64,000 nucleotides of DNA from Promethearchaeota archaeon (GTDB taxonomy: Archaea; Asgardarchaeota; Lokiarchaeia; Sigyniarchaeales; SOKP01). A program made the translations under genes and the position numbers. The DNA lies in contig JAFGOA010000071.1 in assembly GCA_016926735.1 (NCBI GenBank), positions 1 to 64,000 of the forward strand, in the 5' to 3' direction. Each line of letters starts with the position of its first letter. Position 1 is the stretch's first letter. Positions 1 through 9,576 of this stretch are shown here, piece by piece. The notes beneath the pieces were generated by a model, which saw nothing but the letters and a program-made list of their open reading frames with translations, made no database searches and was not told the DNA's origin.

Positions 1-41
1 AAATTTTTAAAAAAAAAAAAAAAAGGATTTAAATGTAGATA

Positions 42-1268
42 TTACATCCATAATAATCCATAATCATCACTAACTAATCCTAAACCAAATTTAACATAGT
101 GTTTATCCATTGCTATATATGCTAAAGTTGCGGGATCTAAGGGATTGTAAGGATTTGGAGGTCGATTTATAGTGGCATCAGTACCATCATTATATTGCAA
201 AATATTAAGTATTTCATTAGTTGATAATCTTCCATTGTCATTGTATTCAACCATTGCTAATTCTTCAGCTTTTAATTGTCGATTGTATGAATATGTTGGA
301 TCAATTAAGAAAAGTGAGAAGTCTGGTCTAACAAAAGTGTTAGTTCTAACTTCGACAGTCTCAATATCTTCAATGTCTACATGTTCTACTAAATATGGAT
401 TTGGAGGTAGTGATTGAATTGCAGCACCATTACTTCTTCTATCAGAAATAATAAAATTATAACTTCCTGTAAAGCTTGATAATAATATGTTTTCAAATTC
501 TGCAGCATTCTTTGCAGTTTCAAATCCTATCATTGATTTTATAGACAAAGGAGTGCTTAATTCTCCAGGAATAATAGTTTGTACAAGATTTACAACTGCC
601 ATAACATCTTTACTATTTTTTCCCATGGGATATGTGCAGGCACCTTGCCAAAGTGAAAAGACAGTAATTGGTTTTCGATCTAATAAAGTGTATTTTACAA
701 AGGCGAGTGTTGTGCCCATAATTGCTCCTAAATCAAAGGTTTGTCCAAGAGTGGTTTTTGATCCCATAGCAGTGCATGCAGCAATTTGAGGCATTAATGC
801 TTGAATTTGCATAGGAATAAGGAAGCCATAATATACATCAATCCAGGTAACTTGAAACATTATGTCATAATATGTAAGTCCAGTTGCATCAGAGATTCCT
901 TGAATAAAAGATTTATATTCTTGAGGGATAGATAAGTCATAGATTGTCATCAGATATGTTATTTGAGCAATATCAATACCATTCATTTGAGCAAATCCTT
1001 TAAGAACAGCATCCATAGTAAAAATTTGAACTGCTAATTGTTGACCCATTTGCAGACCTAATTGATAGTGGTTGGTAGCGATAACTCTTAAATATTGTTG
1101 AGAGCCACTTTGTACCCACCATGATACGCCAAATTCTGGTTTATTATGTGATGATTTTATGTCATTTCCTCGACTATTGTCGGGACATGCATTCACAGGC
1201 AAAACTAGGACGTTTATAAAAATTACCGCGAAAATAAATCCACTTAAATAAATTTTATATTTTTTTAT
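42..1268 (-). CDS. Secreted Ntn-hydrolase, peptidase C45 / acyl-CoA:6-APA acyltransferase-like
   Basis: 'HYQLGLQMGQQ', 'IQGISDATG', nucleophile-like 'ACTAMG..GQTFD' and 'RTNTF' motifs. The reading frame stays open upstream of the TTG at 1202 and encodes a signal peptide (IKKYKIYLSGFIFAVIFINVLVLPVNA) from an ATA at 1268, preceded by AGGTG. Confidence 0.65.
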   Translation of the reverse strand: MKKYKIYLSGFIFAVIFINVLVLPVNACPDNSRGNDIKSSHNKPEFGVSWWVQSGSQQYLRVIATNHYQLGLQMGQQLAVQIFTMDAVLKGFAQMNGIDIAQITYLMTIYDLSIPQEYKSFIQGISDATGLTYYDIMFQVTWIDVYYGFLIPMQIQALMPQIAACTAMGSKTTLGQTFDLGAIMGTTLAFVKYTLLDRKPITVFSLWQGACTYPMGKNSKDVMAVVNLVQTIIPGELSTPLSIKSMIGFETAKNAAEFENILLSSFTGSYNFIISDRRSNGAAIQSLPPNPYLVEHVDIEDIETVEVRTNTFVRPDFSLFLIDPTYSYNRQLKAEELAMVEYNDNGRLSTNEILNILQYNDGTDATINRPPNPYNPLDPATLAYIAMDKHYVKFGLGLVSDDYGLLWM

Positions 1269-1797
1269 ATCCGAACACCTAATTTTTGATTTATACCTAT
1301 ATAAAAAAATGAAGAATTCGCATATAAAAATATATGCTTTCTTCGTATATGTATTATTTTGTCGTAAGACAAAAAGGAAAAAATTGAGAATGATTATTTT
1401 GAAATTATAGCTAAACTCAAAATATAAAATAGGTCTTAGGTGATATAAATTTTAAATTTCTTTTAGACCTACCTAAATGATTAATAACTGTGTGTAATAT
1501 AATAAAAGAATACTTCTATTAGAAACTTATAATAGTATATAAATAGTTTAAGACTGAGAATATGATTTTATCACAAACTATTGTATTTTTGTTGTATATT
1601 AAACTAATAAAATATTTGAAAGGAAAAGAAAATGATTATATAAATCTTATAAAATAAAGATTTACCCAAAAAGAATGTCTTATATAAAAGGATTGAAGAG
1701 GATAATATGTGGATATAATACTATTCTATATTGAAAGTCTTCTATTTTTTTTATAGAATTTATTAAATTTCTAGATTTAAGGTTAAAAGGTGTCAAA

Positions 1798-2157
1798 ATG
1801 GGCAAAATTTTTGGAAAAAAGGAGGATTATATATTATATGGTTCTGCTAAAGATACATTAGGATTTACTAAAGATATTGCAAAGGTTAATCCCTTATTTC
1901 ATGATTTTTTGATAAAAATTTATGATTTTTATTCAACAAAACAATTGGATGATATCAAAAAGCAACTTATGAATCGGAAAATCCTTATAATTGATGCCAA
2001 AAAAATTTTAGAAAATAAAAATCTTAATATTTTAGAATTAAAACGGGCAATTGATGAATTAAAGATTTTTTTAAGGGAAGTTGGAGGTTCATTAGGAAGA
2101 ATAGGAGATCAATATCTTATTCTTACGCCAAATTCATATGTTAGAATATCTAATTAA
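1798..2157 (+). CDS. sepF: Archaeal cell-division protein SepF-like
   Basis: C-terminal 'LKRAIDELK..LREVGGSLGRIGDQYLILTPNSYVRI' matches the archaeal SepF pattern; GGTG SD upstream. Confidence 0.75.
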   Translation: MGKIFGKKEDYILYGSAKDTLGFTKDIAKVNPLFHDFLIKIYDFYSTKQLDDIKKQLMNRKILIIDAKKILENKNLNILELKRAIDELKIFLREVGGSLGRIGDQYLILTPNSYVRISN

Positions 2158-2426
2158 TAATTTTTATTCAATTTTCAATAAATTATCTTAAGATATATGC
2201 AAAACGATTATTTTCTTTAATTTATATTATTTCAATTTTAAATTAAAGGAATTCTTTCTGAAAATATCTTATTTTAAAGAGATTTATTAAACATAGCTTT
2301 ATCTTCTTTATCTACTTTTTTTTGTGACTTTAGATCGTAATATGATCATTTTGAAAAAGAATATATACGAAAATTAAAGCTAATTTATTGAATTTAAAAT
2401 ATTAATCCCATTATCATAAAGAGTTA

Positions 2427-2888
2427 TTGCATATTATGAAAATACACGAAGTTGGAATAATAATTGGAGGAATTCCAATAGTATATCAAAATTATGATGA
2501 TGTTTTTAATGACAATAATAATTCAGATATGATTTGTAAAAGTGCTCTTATGTCAAGCATTTTAAATTTTGCTGAAACACTAATATCTCCAATGGAATCA
2601 TTTGAAAGTAATAAATATAATGTTTCATTCAAAAAAAAAAAAATAAATTCAAATAATTCTAAAGATTTAGATCTCTTTGCTTATCTTGTCTCAGATAAAG
2701 AAAAAAAAAGCGAAAAACTAAAAAAACATATCAATTTAGCATTAGATAAAATTTTAAATGAATTTAAATCTAAATATAATGGAGATGACTATACTGAAAT
2801 TACCCATTATGATACGTTTAAGAATGTAATTGATGAAATACTTGGAAAAAAAGATTCTGTTGAAGAGAAATTTGAATCAATTTTTTAA
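2427..2888 (+). CDS. Longin-like domain protein (Asgard type)
   Basis: 'IHEVGIIIGGIPIVYQNY', helix 'SALMSSILNFAETL' and C-terminal 'LDKILNEFKSKY..FKNVIDEIL' give a longin-like layout. Resembles 40651..41112. Start may be the ATG at 2436. Confidence 0.55.
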   Translation: MHIMKIHEVGIIIGGIPIVYQNYDDVFNDNNNSDMICKSALMSSILNFAETLISPMESFESNKYNVSFKKKKINSNNSKDLDLFAYLVSDKEKKSEKLKKHINLALDKILNEFKSKYNGDDYTEITHYDTFKNVIDEILGKKDSVEEKFESIF

Positions 2889-3090
2889 TCTTAAAAATTA
2901 AGATCTAATCCTCTATATTATCTATTTATTTAATAATCTAAGATATTATGAATAAAGGAATAAGTCATGTGATCGTGAGTATTAATGAGTAGTGTAATTG
3001 TAAGAGAAATTATTAACGTTATTTATAGTTGAGATGTTTTATTCTTAGATATTTAACTCCTATGATGTTATTTTCGATACTTGTTTTTTT

Positions 3091-3166
3091 ATCTCCCTCC
3101 TTATTTTATAAGATATGAATTACTTTTATTTAAAGCGAATTCGATATTTAAAATAAGGAGGGAGAT
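3091..3166. repeat. Perfect 18-bp inverted repeat / long hairpin
   Basis: atctccctccttatttta (3091-3108) is the exact reverse complement of taaaataaggagggagat (3149-3166); 40-nt spacer. Confidence 0.9.
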
Positions 3167-3398
3167 GATTTTTTTGATCTTTATAAAAAATTATAGGTGT
3201 TTATAAAATTTCAGTGAAGAGTTGAAATAATACCTTTAAATGACTCGTTTTTAATTAATACTAAATTTTTTTGGAAAAAAAAAGATTATTACAGATATTA
3301 ATAAGCACAAAATCCTAAAATATTTAAATTTTACAACAATATTCCTATATAAAATGCATATTTTTTTTATGCTTTTTTAGAATTTCTCAAGAATTTTT

Positions 3399-3716
3399 AT
3401 GACAGTTTCAAGGACATTGAGTAAAGCAATCTTAAAAGAAGAAGTAAGAATTAAATTAAAGATTTGGAATACTTTTCTTACTGGAAAATTGGCTAAATTT
3501 GATAATTTTATGAATTTAATCGTAGAAGACGCTAAGGAAATATATTTTGGAAGAGGAGGAAAAAGAAGTAAAGATCTTGGAACTGTAATGATTCGAGGAG
3601 CTTCTATTATTTTCATAGGGCAAGATCGTGAAAAATTGATTTTTGCTGCTGGTGAAACTGATGATGAGGAATTACATGATAAGTTAATGTATAGGGAAGA
3701 ACCCGAAGATATTTAA
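3399..3716 (+). CDS. Sm/Lsm-like archaeal protein (SmAP) with acidic C-terminal tail
   Basis: Sm1 'GKLAKFDNFMNLIVEDAKE' and Sm2 'LGTVMIRGASII'; directly upstream of rpl37e, the conserved archaeal arrangement. Confidence 0.9.
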   Translation: MTVSRTLSKAILKEEVRIKLKIWNTFLTGKLAKFDNFMNLIVEDAKEIYFGRGGKRSKDLGTVMIRGASIIFIGQDREKLIFAAGETDDEELHDKLMYREEPEDI

Positions 3717-3735
3717 CTAAAAGAGGAGAGGAAAA

Positions 3736-3936
3736 ATGGGAAAAGGTACAGCAAGTAAGGGAAAAAAAAATAAAGCATCATCTCATAAAGTTTGCCGAAG
3801 ATGCGGGAACCATTCATACCATAGAAGAAAAAGATTTTGTGCTTATTGTGGTTTTGGTAAAACTGCTAAATTAAGACAACCAGGTTGGAGAAATCGAGTA
3901 AGGGCTTTTAATGGTACAAAAGCTTTTGCTAAATAA
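3736..3936 (+). CDS. rpl37e: 50S ribosomal protein L37e
   Basis: 'MGKGTASKGK..HKVCRRCG..YH..K.FCAYCGFG' zinc finger; GAGGAG SD upstream. Confidence 0.97.
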   Translation: MGKGTASKGKKNKASSHKVCRRCGNHSYHRRKRFCAYCGFGKTAKLRQPGWRNRVRAFNGTKAFAK

Positions 3937-4058
3937 TGCTTCTTTTCATAATAAATACTCTTTGAGTATTAATAATTCTGATTATACATCCTAAAATTAA
4001 TATGATATTTTATTATACTTTATTCATTTCAATTGTATATTAGAGCATTTAATTTAGA

Positions 4059-4436
4059 TTGATAATAATTATGATAAGTAAATTACATGAAAAATTGAGA
4101 TCCATTGAACTTGTAGAAGGTGTTATAGGTACTGCTATTATAGAACGTAATGGTCTTTTAATAACATCTCGGTTACCAAGGGATATAGATGAAAGAAAAT
4201 GTGGAGCAATGGCAGCTACAATGTATAATGCGTTAGAAATGTCATTAGAATCACTAGGAAAAAAGAAAAATATTGATCATATTACCGTAGAACTCGGAGA
4301 TTATCAAATTATTATTATGGGAAGAAATGATAAATTTCTTCTTTTATCTTTATTTGAGTCAAATATTAATCTTGGAATAGCATTAATTGAAATAGAAGCA
4401 ATTATATCAAAATTAAAATTAATAATGGAAGATTGA
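4059..4436 (+). CDS. Roadblock/LC7 (LAMTOR2-like) domain protein
   Basis: 'EGVIGTAIIERNGLLITSRLP..GAMAATM..NINLGIALIE' roadblock pattern. Start probably the ATG at 4071. Confidence 0.9.
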   Translation: MIIIMISKLHEKLRSIELVEGVIGTAIIERNGLLITSRLPRDIDERKCGAMAATMYNALEMSLESLGKKKNIDHITVELGDYQIIIMGRNDKFLLLSLFESNINLGIALIEIEAIISKLKLIMED

Positions 4437-4441
4437 ATTAA

Positions 4442-5176
4442 ATGCTATCAGTTAAAGAAAAAGAAAGATATTCAAGACAAATAATATCAGAATATATTGG
4501 TGAAGAGGGACAGAAAAAGATCTCAAAGACGAAAGTCCTTCAAATAGGTGTTGGAGGTCTTGGATCTCCATGTGCACTATATTTGGTTGCTGCTGGAATA
4601 GGAGAACTCACTATTCTTGATAATGATATTGTTTCACTTTCAAACTTGCAAAGACAAATCCTCTATTGTGAAGATGATATAGGAATTAATAAAACAGAAA
4701 TAACAAAAAAGAGATTATCCAAATTAAATTCTAATGTGAACATTATTACAAATAAAGAATATGTGGATAATGATTCTATAAAAAAATACCTCAATAATAA
4801 GGATTTTATTATAGATTGTAGTGATAATATGAAGACTAAATTCTTAACGAATAAGGTTGCTGTAGAAAATAATATAAAGGCAGTTATAGCAGGCATAAAG
4901 GATTTTTATGGCCAAATAATTACAATAAATCCTCAAAAAAGTGCTTGTTATCAGTGTATTTTCAATGAACCAAAAGAAGATATAAAACTTGATTCTCCAT
5001 TACCTGTAATAGGAGTCACTCCAGGCATTTTAGGAACATTAGAAGCTTTAGAAGTAATTAAGACAGTACTAGGTCAACCAAATCTGGAGAATCATTTACT
5101 TATGGTTAATCTGTTAAATATGACTTTTAATAAGATAAAGGTAGTAAAGGACAAAAATTGTATTTGTACGAAATAG
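4442..5176 (+). CDS. ThiF/MoeB/HesA-family E1-like adenylyltransferase
   Basis: 'RYSRQ', 'GVGGLGSP', 'D.VSLSNLQRQ', 'DCSDN' and 'CYQC' motifs. Confidence 0.92.
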   Translation: MLSVKEKERYSRQIISEYIGEEGQKKISKTKVLQIGVGGLGSPCALYLVAAGIGELTILDNDIVSLSNLQRQILYCEDDIGINKTEITKKRLSKLNSNVNIITNKEYVDNDSIKKYLNNKDFIIDCSDNMKTKFLTNKVAVENNIKAVIAGIKDFYGQIITINPQKSACYQCIFNEPKEDIKLDSPLPVIGVTPGILGTLEALEVIKTVLGQPNLENHLLMVNLLNMTFNKIKVVKDKNCICTK

Positions 5177-5317
5177 GTATTTAAAATAAAATTATATAAG
5201 AATAATTATAATTCTTTTGAATAATTTTTTAAATAAACCCATTTTGCATATTATTCAAATGAACGTCAGATAAAATTATGAATTTAAGTATAAACTATGA
5301 CAAATTATAGAGTTTTA

Positions 5318-5728
5318 TTATTCAAAGAATTTGTTATCTTCTAAAGTAATGATTATTATAAGTATTATAACGATAATTACTCCTCCTAATGAATTTGAAT
5401 ATAGAAATAACATAAATGCAAAAAAAGCTATTATTGCTGAACATATTAAACAAATAGAACTTATTCTTTTTAGTTCTTTATTTAAATCTATCATATGGTC
5501 TTTTTTAAAAACGTAATTTAATATCACTAAAACAATAATAATGGAAGAAAATAGTATATAAAAAATCTGAAAAGGAATTGCTAAATTAAATAAACTAATT
5601 TTATGATCTTCATCTATAGTTACCTCTATTATTGCTGTAATTAATAAGGATAATATTAATAGATATATTAATAACATTAGAATTAAACTTGTTCTAATTT
5701 TCTTTTGTTTTTCTTTAAAATCATTCAT
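5318..5728 (-). CDS. Hypothetical membrane protein (~4 TM)
   Basis: Four hydrophobic segments; ATG start. Confidence 0.55.
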   Translation of the reverse strand: MNDFKEKQKKIRTSLILMLLIYLLILSLLITAIIEVTIDEDHKISLFNLAIPFQIFYILFSSIIIVLVILNYVFKKDHMIDLNKELKRISSICLICSAIIAFFAFMLFLYSNSLGGVIIVIILIIIITLEDNKFFE

Positions 5729-5787
5729 TTTCCATTATTCAAATTTTAGATTATATTTTAGTTTTAAAATGAGATTTAGTTATCAAG

Positions 5788-6333
5788 TTAATATATTGTA
5801 TATTTTTTATTTTTCAGATATTTTTTAAACTCTAAACTATTTTGCACATAAGCTTCAGAAGCTTTTTCTCCAATCAATGGACCCTCTTTAGGAAACTCTT
5901 TTTTTAATTCTGCGGGTATCCCTACAGCTAACATCCTTGAAGGAATTTCTTTATTCACTAAAACAGCTCCAGCACCTAGCATTGCCCCATCACCCATTTT
6001 AGAATTATGTAATACATTTGATGCTATACCAACTAAACACCCTTTTCCAATAATACATGGCCCATGAATCATTGCTTTATGACCTATAATACAATCGGGG
6101 CCAATTATAACTTTTTTTCCAAGTTCAGAATGGATCACTACATTTTCTTGAATACTCGTATTGCTTCCAATTTCAATACTACCCCAATCACCTCTAATAA
6201 CAACTCCAAACCAAATATTGACACCTTTCTCAATTGTAACATCACCAATTATCACTGCATTAGGAGCAATAAAAGTATTAGGATCAATCTTGGGCGATTT
6301 ACCTGTTCTTGGTGAAGGTATGATCAAACTCAT
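5788..6333 (-). CDS. Gamma-carbonic anhydrase / hexapeptide-repeat family protein
   Basis: 'IAPNAVIIGDV..IWFGVVIRGD..IQEN.VIH..IGHKAMIHG' with three His ligands. Start set at the ATG at 6333. Confidence 0.9.
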   Translation of the reverse strand: MSLIIPSPRTGKSPKIDPNTFIAPNAVIIGDVTIEKGVNIWFGVVIRGDWGSIEIGSNTSIQENVVIHSELGKKVIIGPDCIIGHKAMIHGPCIIGKGCLVGIASNVLHNSKMGDGAMLGAGAVLVNKEIPSRMLAVGIPAELKKEFPKEGPLIGEKASEAYVQNSLEFKKYLKNKKYTIY

Positions 6334-6532
6334 TATTCTTATCAGTTGAAAAAATCTATTTTTTAATTTTTTGTATAAAATTTTCAAATATATAAATTCT
6401 TTTCCTTTATTGAATCCTAATTATTTATTTTAATTTTTTTAAATGGAAAATTTTTAATGAAAGGCAATCTTGGATAAAATTTTAATGATTGTCGTAATTA
6501 TAGCAAATAGATCTAGTTTTTTAAGAATAATC

Positions 6533-7750
6533 ATGGATAAATTAGAATATAATAATGAATTGGTAGAAAAATACTCTACTCTGTCAAGAAGAGTTAATGA
6601 AGAATATATAAATATTCATCCAATTCAAAGAGGAGGTCTATTAACACCTGAAGCATATAAAGCGTTAATTTCCTTTGGAGATGGATATAGTTTATGTGAT
6701 AATTGTTTGAAAGGAAGATTGGATAAAATAGAAAATCCTCCGGTAATTGATTTCTTAAACGATTGTGCAAAATATTTTAATATCGATAATATAATGCCTA
6801 CTGCTGCCGCAAGAGAATCTAAAAGGTTAGTTATAGAAGTACTTTCAAAAAGAGAACCTAAAAAACGAATTGTGATTGTTGATAGTTTATCCCATTATAC
6901 AACATATTTGGCAATTGAATCAAATAATTTAGAAGTAAGAGAAGTGCCTAATCAAGGATATCCTGAATTTAAGCTTGAACCTAAAGATTTTGAAAAGACT
7001 ATACAAGATGTCTTTAAAGAGAATGGAGAATATCCATTATTAGTCGTATTAACCCATGTAGATTACAAATATGGAAATTATAATGATCCAAAACCAATTG
7101 GAGAAATTTGTAAAAAATATGATATTCCATTTTTGCTGAATGCTGCTTATTCAGGAGGGGTTTTACCGATAGATTGCAATGATTTAAACATTGATTTTAT
7201 AGCATGTAGTAGTCATAAATCTATGGCCGCATCAGGACCTATTGGATTAGTGGGATTTAAGGAAAAATATAATAATGATATAATGGTACATTCAAAAATT
7301 CAAGGAAATCTTACATCAAAGTCATTTCCAAATAAAATTTGTACTTTAATGGGATGTCCTCCAGTATATGGTGCACCTTTGATCACGTTAATGGCAAGTT
7401 TTCCAACAATTGTAAGAAGAACTCAAAAAGACCAAGTAAAAGAAGAATCTGAAAAAGCAAATTATGTTTTAGATAAAATTAAAGAAATAGAGGGTATAGA
7501 TGTATTAGGAAAGCAACCAAAAGTTCATCCTCTTACAAATATTAAAACAAAATGTTTTGAAGAGATAGCTCAAACACATCCTAGAAAAGGATTTTTTTTA
7601 AGAGAAGAATTTAAAAATCGAGGTGTTATTGGTTTATTACCTGGTATTTCAAAAGAAATGAAATTTAGTACATATGGTCTTTCATGGAATCAAGTAAAGC
7701 ACTTTACAAATGCATTTTTAGAGATAGCAGAAAAATATCACCTTATTTAG
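6533..7750 (+). CDS. pscS: O-phospho-L-seryl-tRNA:Cys-tRNA synthase (SepCysS)
   Basis: 'NIHPIQRGGLLTPEA.KAL..FGDGYSLCDNC.GRLD.I..PP', PLP lysine 'SSHKSMAASGPIG', 'LMGC', 'K.STYGL'. Start set at the ATG at 6533. Confidence 0.93.
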   Translation: MDKLEYNNELVEKYSTLSRRVNEEYINIHPIQRGGLLTPEAYKALISFGDGYSLCDNCLKGRLDKIENPPVIDFLNDCAKYFNIDNIMPTAAARESKRLVIEVLSKREPKKRIVIVDSLSHYTTYLAIESNNLEVREVPNQGYPEFKLEPKDFEKTIQDVFKENGEYPLLVVLTHVDYKYGNYNDPKPIGEICKKYDIPFLLNAAYSGGVLPIDCNDLNIDFIACSSHKSMAASGPIGLVGFKEKYNNDIMVHSKIQGNLTSKSFPNKICTLMGCPPVYGAPLITLMASFPTIVRRTQKDQVKEESEKANYVLDKIKEIEGIDVLGKQPKVHPLTNIKTKCFEEIAQTHPRKGFFLREEFKNRGVIGLLPGISKEMKFSTYGLSWNQVKHFTNAFLEIAEKYHLI

Positions 7751-7766
7751 AAAAAGAAAATAACTA

Positions 7767-9116
7767 TTATAACTTATTTTCTCCAAATTTTGTATTACAA
7801 GAAGGACATTCATCCCAACTCAAAGATATTTTTGCATCACATTTTGGATTAGGACAAATGATTAATTTTTCTCTTTCTTTAGTCTTTTGTTTATATTTTA
7901 TACTTATCTCAACTGCTTCGTCTATATCTGATAAAAGATTTATTTTTTCAAAAGATCTCTTGCATTTTGGACACTCATTACTAAAGTCTTGCTTTAAGAT
8001 TGATTTTCCACATTCTGGACAAAACCCCTTAATTTTATCTATAATATCATCCAATTTTTTATCTTCAATATGATGGAGAGATACAATATTTAAATCTTCA
8101 TATTTCTCTGAACCATTTATAATATTTATTAGTGAATTTATTCCTTCTCTAGATTTGGATAATTTTTCAGATTGGACTACCATATCCATCAAAAATGTTT
8201 TTGAAATCCCCATATCCATAGCTTTTTTTATTATTAGTTTTTCTATCAACATTTCAAAAGGTTCTCTAATGCGATCCCAAATTAAATCCATTTTTATTAA
8301 TTTTTCAGCTATTTTTTCAGCGAAATTATCTAAATCATATATCTCACGATATCCTTTTAAATCTATATGAATAATTTCCTCAATCAATTGATCTTTTATT
8401 AGTCTCAATGTTGTAGTACCTAAAATATCTTCTTCATGAAAAAAAAAGACATCCTCATCACGTTTAAACATAAAGAATCCAAATTTACTTGACATAATTG
8501 AATCGACATAATAATCTATTCTGAGCTTCTTTACATTATAATATTTACAAAAAGCGTCAACTTCAAACTTATATTCAGGAGTAAGTACAGAGTTTAAAAA
8601 CATATAAAATAATGCAAGAAATAGTTCACGATTTTGATTTAATTGGAAGAATTTTTCCCCTATTTTAACGATATTTTTAAGGATTTGAAATAAGATTGAT
8701 TCTTCTACACCTATATCTTTATAGAAATTTATTAGTTCTTGAGTTTTTAGGGCAACTTCATTAATTATATTAATAAAAAATAAATTTTCCTCTTTGCTTT
8801 TATAATCTTCATTTAGTTTTTCAATTCCCTTTTCTGTTAAGAAATAAAATGGTGATTTTTCATGAATCTTTTTTTCAATATTATTTTTTTGTAAATTCAA
8901 TTTTATATATTTTGAAAGGGTAGATTTGCTCATATTGCATTTTTGTTCTAAATCTGAAAATCTTTGATGACCATAATTTTTAATTATGAATAATATTCTT
9001 TTATCATATTCTATATTGTTAAGGATTTTAGATATATCATTTTTGATATTTTTTGAAATACTTTTTTGTATCTCCATAATTATAATATTGTAAACTACAT
9101 ACTTAAACTTAGACAA
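7767..9116 (-). CDS. Winged-helix (MarR/ArsR-like) regulator with C-terminal double zinc ribbon
   Basis: 'RFSDLEQKCNMSKSTLSKYI..YFLTEKG' HTH-wing; CPECG..CPKC and CPNPKC..CPSC at the C-terminus. Confidence 0.7.
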   Translation of the reverse strand: MSKFKYVVYNIIIMEIQKSISKNIKNDISKILNNIEYDKRILFIIKNYGHQRFSDLEQKCNMSKSTLSKYIKLNLQKNNIEKKIHEKSPFYFLTEKGIEKLNEDYKSKEENLFFINIINEVALKTQELINFYKDIGVEESILFQILKNIVKIGEKFFQLNQNRELFLALFYMFLNSVLTPEYKFEVDAFCKYYNVKKLRIDYYVDSIMSSKFGFFMFKRDEDVFFFHEEDILGTTTLRLIKDQLIEEIIHIDLKGYREIYDLDNFAEKIAEKLIKMDLIWDRIREPFEMLIEKLIIKKAMDMGISKTFLMDMVVQSEKLSKSREGINSLINIINGSEKYEDLNIVSLHHIEDKKLDDIIDKIKGFCPECGKSILKQDFSNECPKCKRSFEKINLLSDIDEAVEISIKYKQKTKEREKLIICPNPKCDAKISLSWDECPSCNTKFGENKL

Positions 9117-9576
9117 TTGTTCTGCATTTTTTCGATTACTTCGAACTAAAATTAGGTTGGCGAACCCCTATATTTTAATATTAAATATTTAAATAAATTA
9201 ATGTTGGAATAAATCATTAGCCATATTTTTCTATAAAGATTAAAATATCTTATAATTTTAAAGATCTTTAAATGATTAGGAATTATTTTATATTTTATTT
9301 AAATACAAGGATATATTTTACTCAATATATGCATTCTGATAACATTAGATTCCAATATTAAGACTTAATTATAATTTAAAATAAATCATTTTTTTTTCAA
9401 AGAAAATTTCAATTGAGATTTATTTTTATGATACATTAAAACTATAAAAAAATATGATTATAAAGGGATTTAATTTCAAACTTAGGTATAGTATACTCTA
9501 CAAGAGTACTTTAATAGAATTTATCTTTTTATAATTATAATAAAAAATAAAAATTTTATATTAGGAGACGTATAAA

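Noticed and set aside
172-789. Short ORFs antisense to or overlapping longer genes (172..417, 487..789; likewise 7684..8073, 30133..30441, 41728..42240, 53363..53749, 63179..63397 and others)
   Set aside because: Shadow ORFs of well-supported genes, with no motifs of their own.
3111-3148. AUGA...GA inside the long hairpin as a eukaryote-like SECIS element
   Set aside because: These bases pair equally well by Watson-Crick rules, and no upstream gene has a credible in-frame TGA (2427..2888 ends in TAA).
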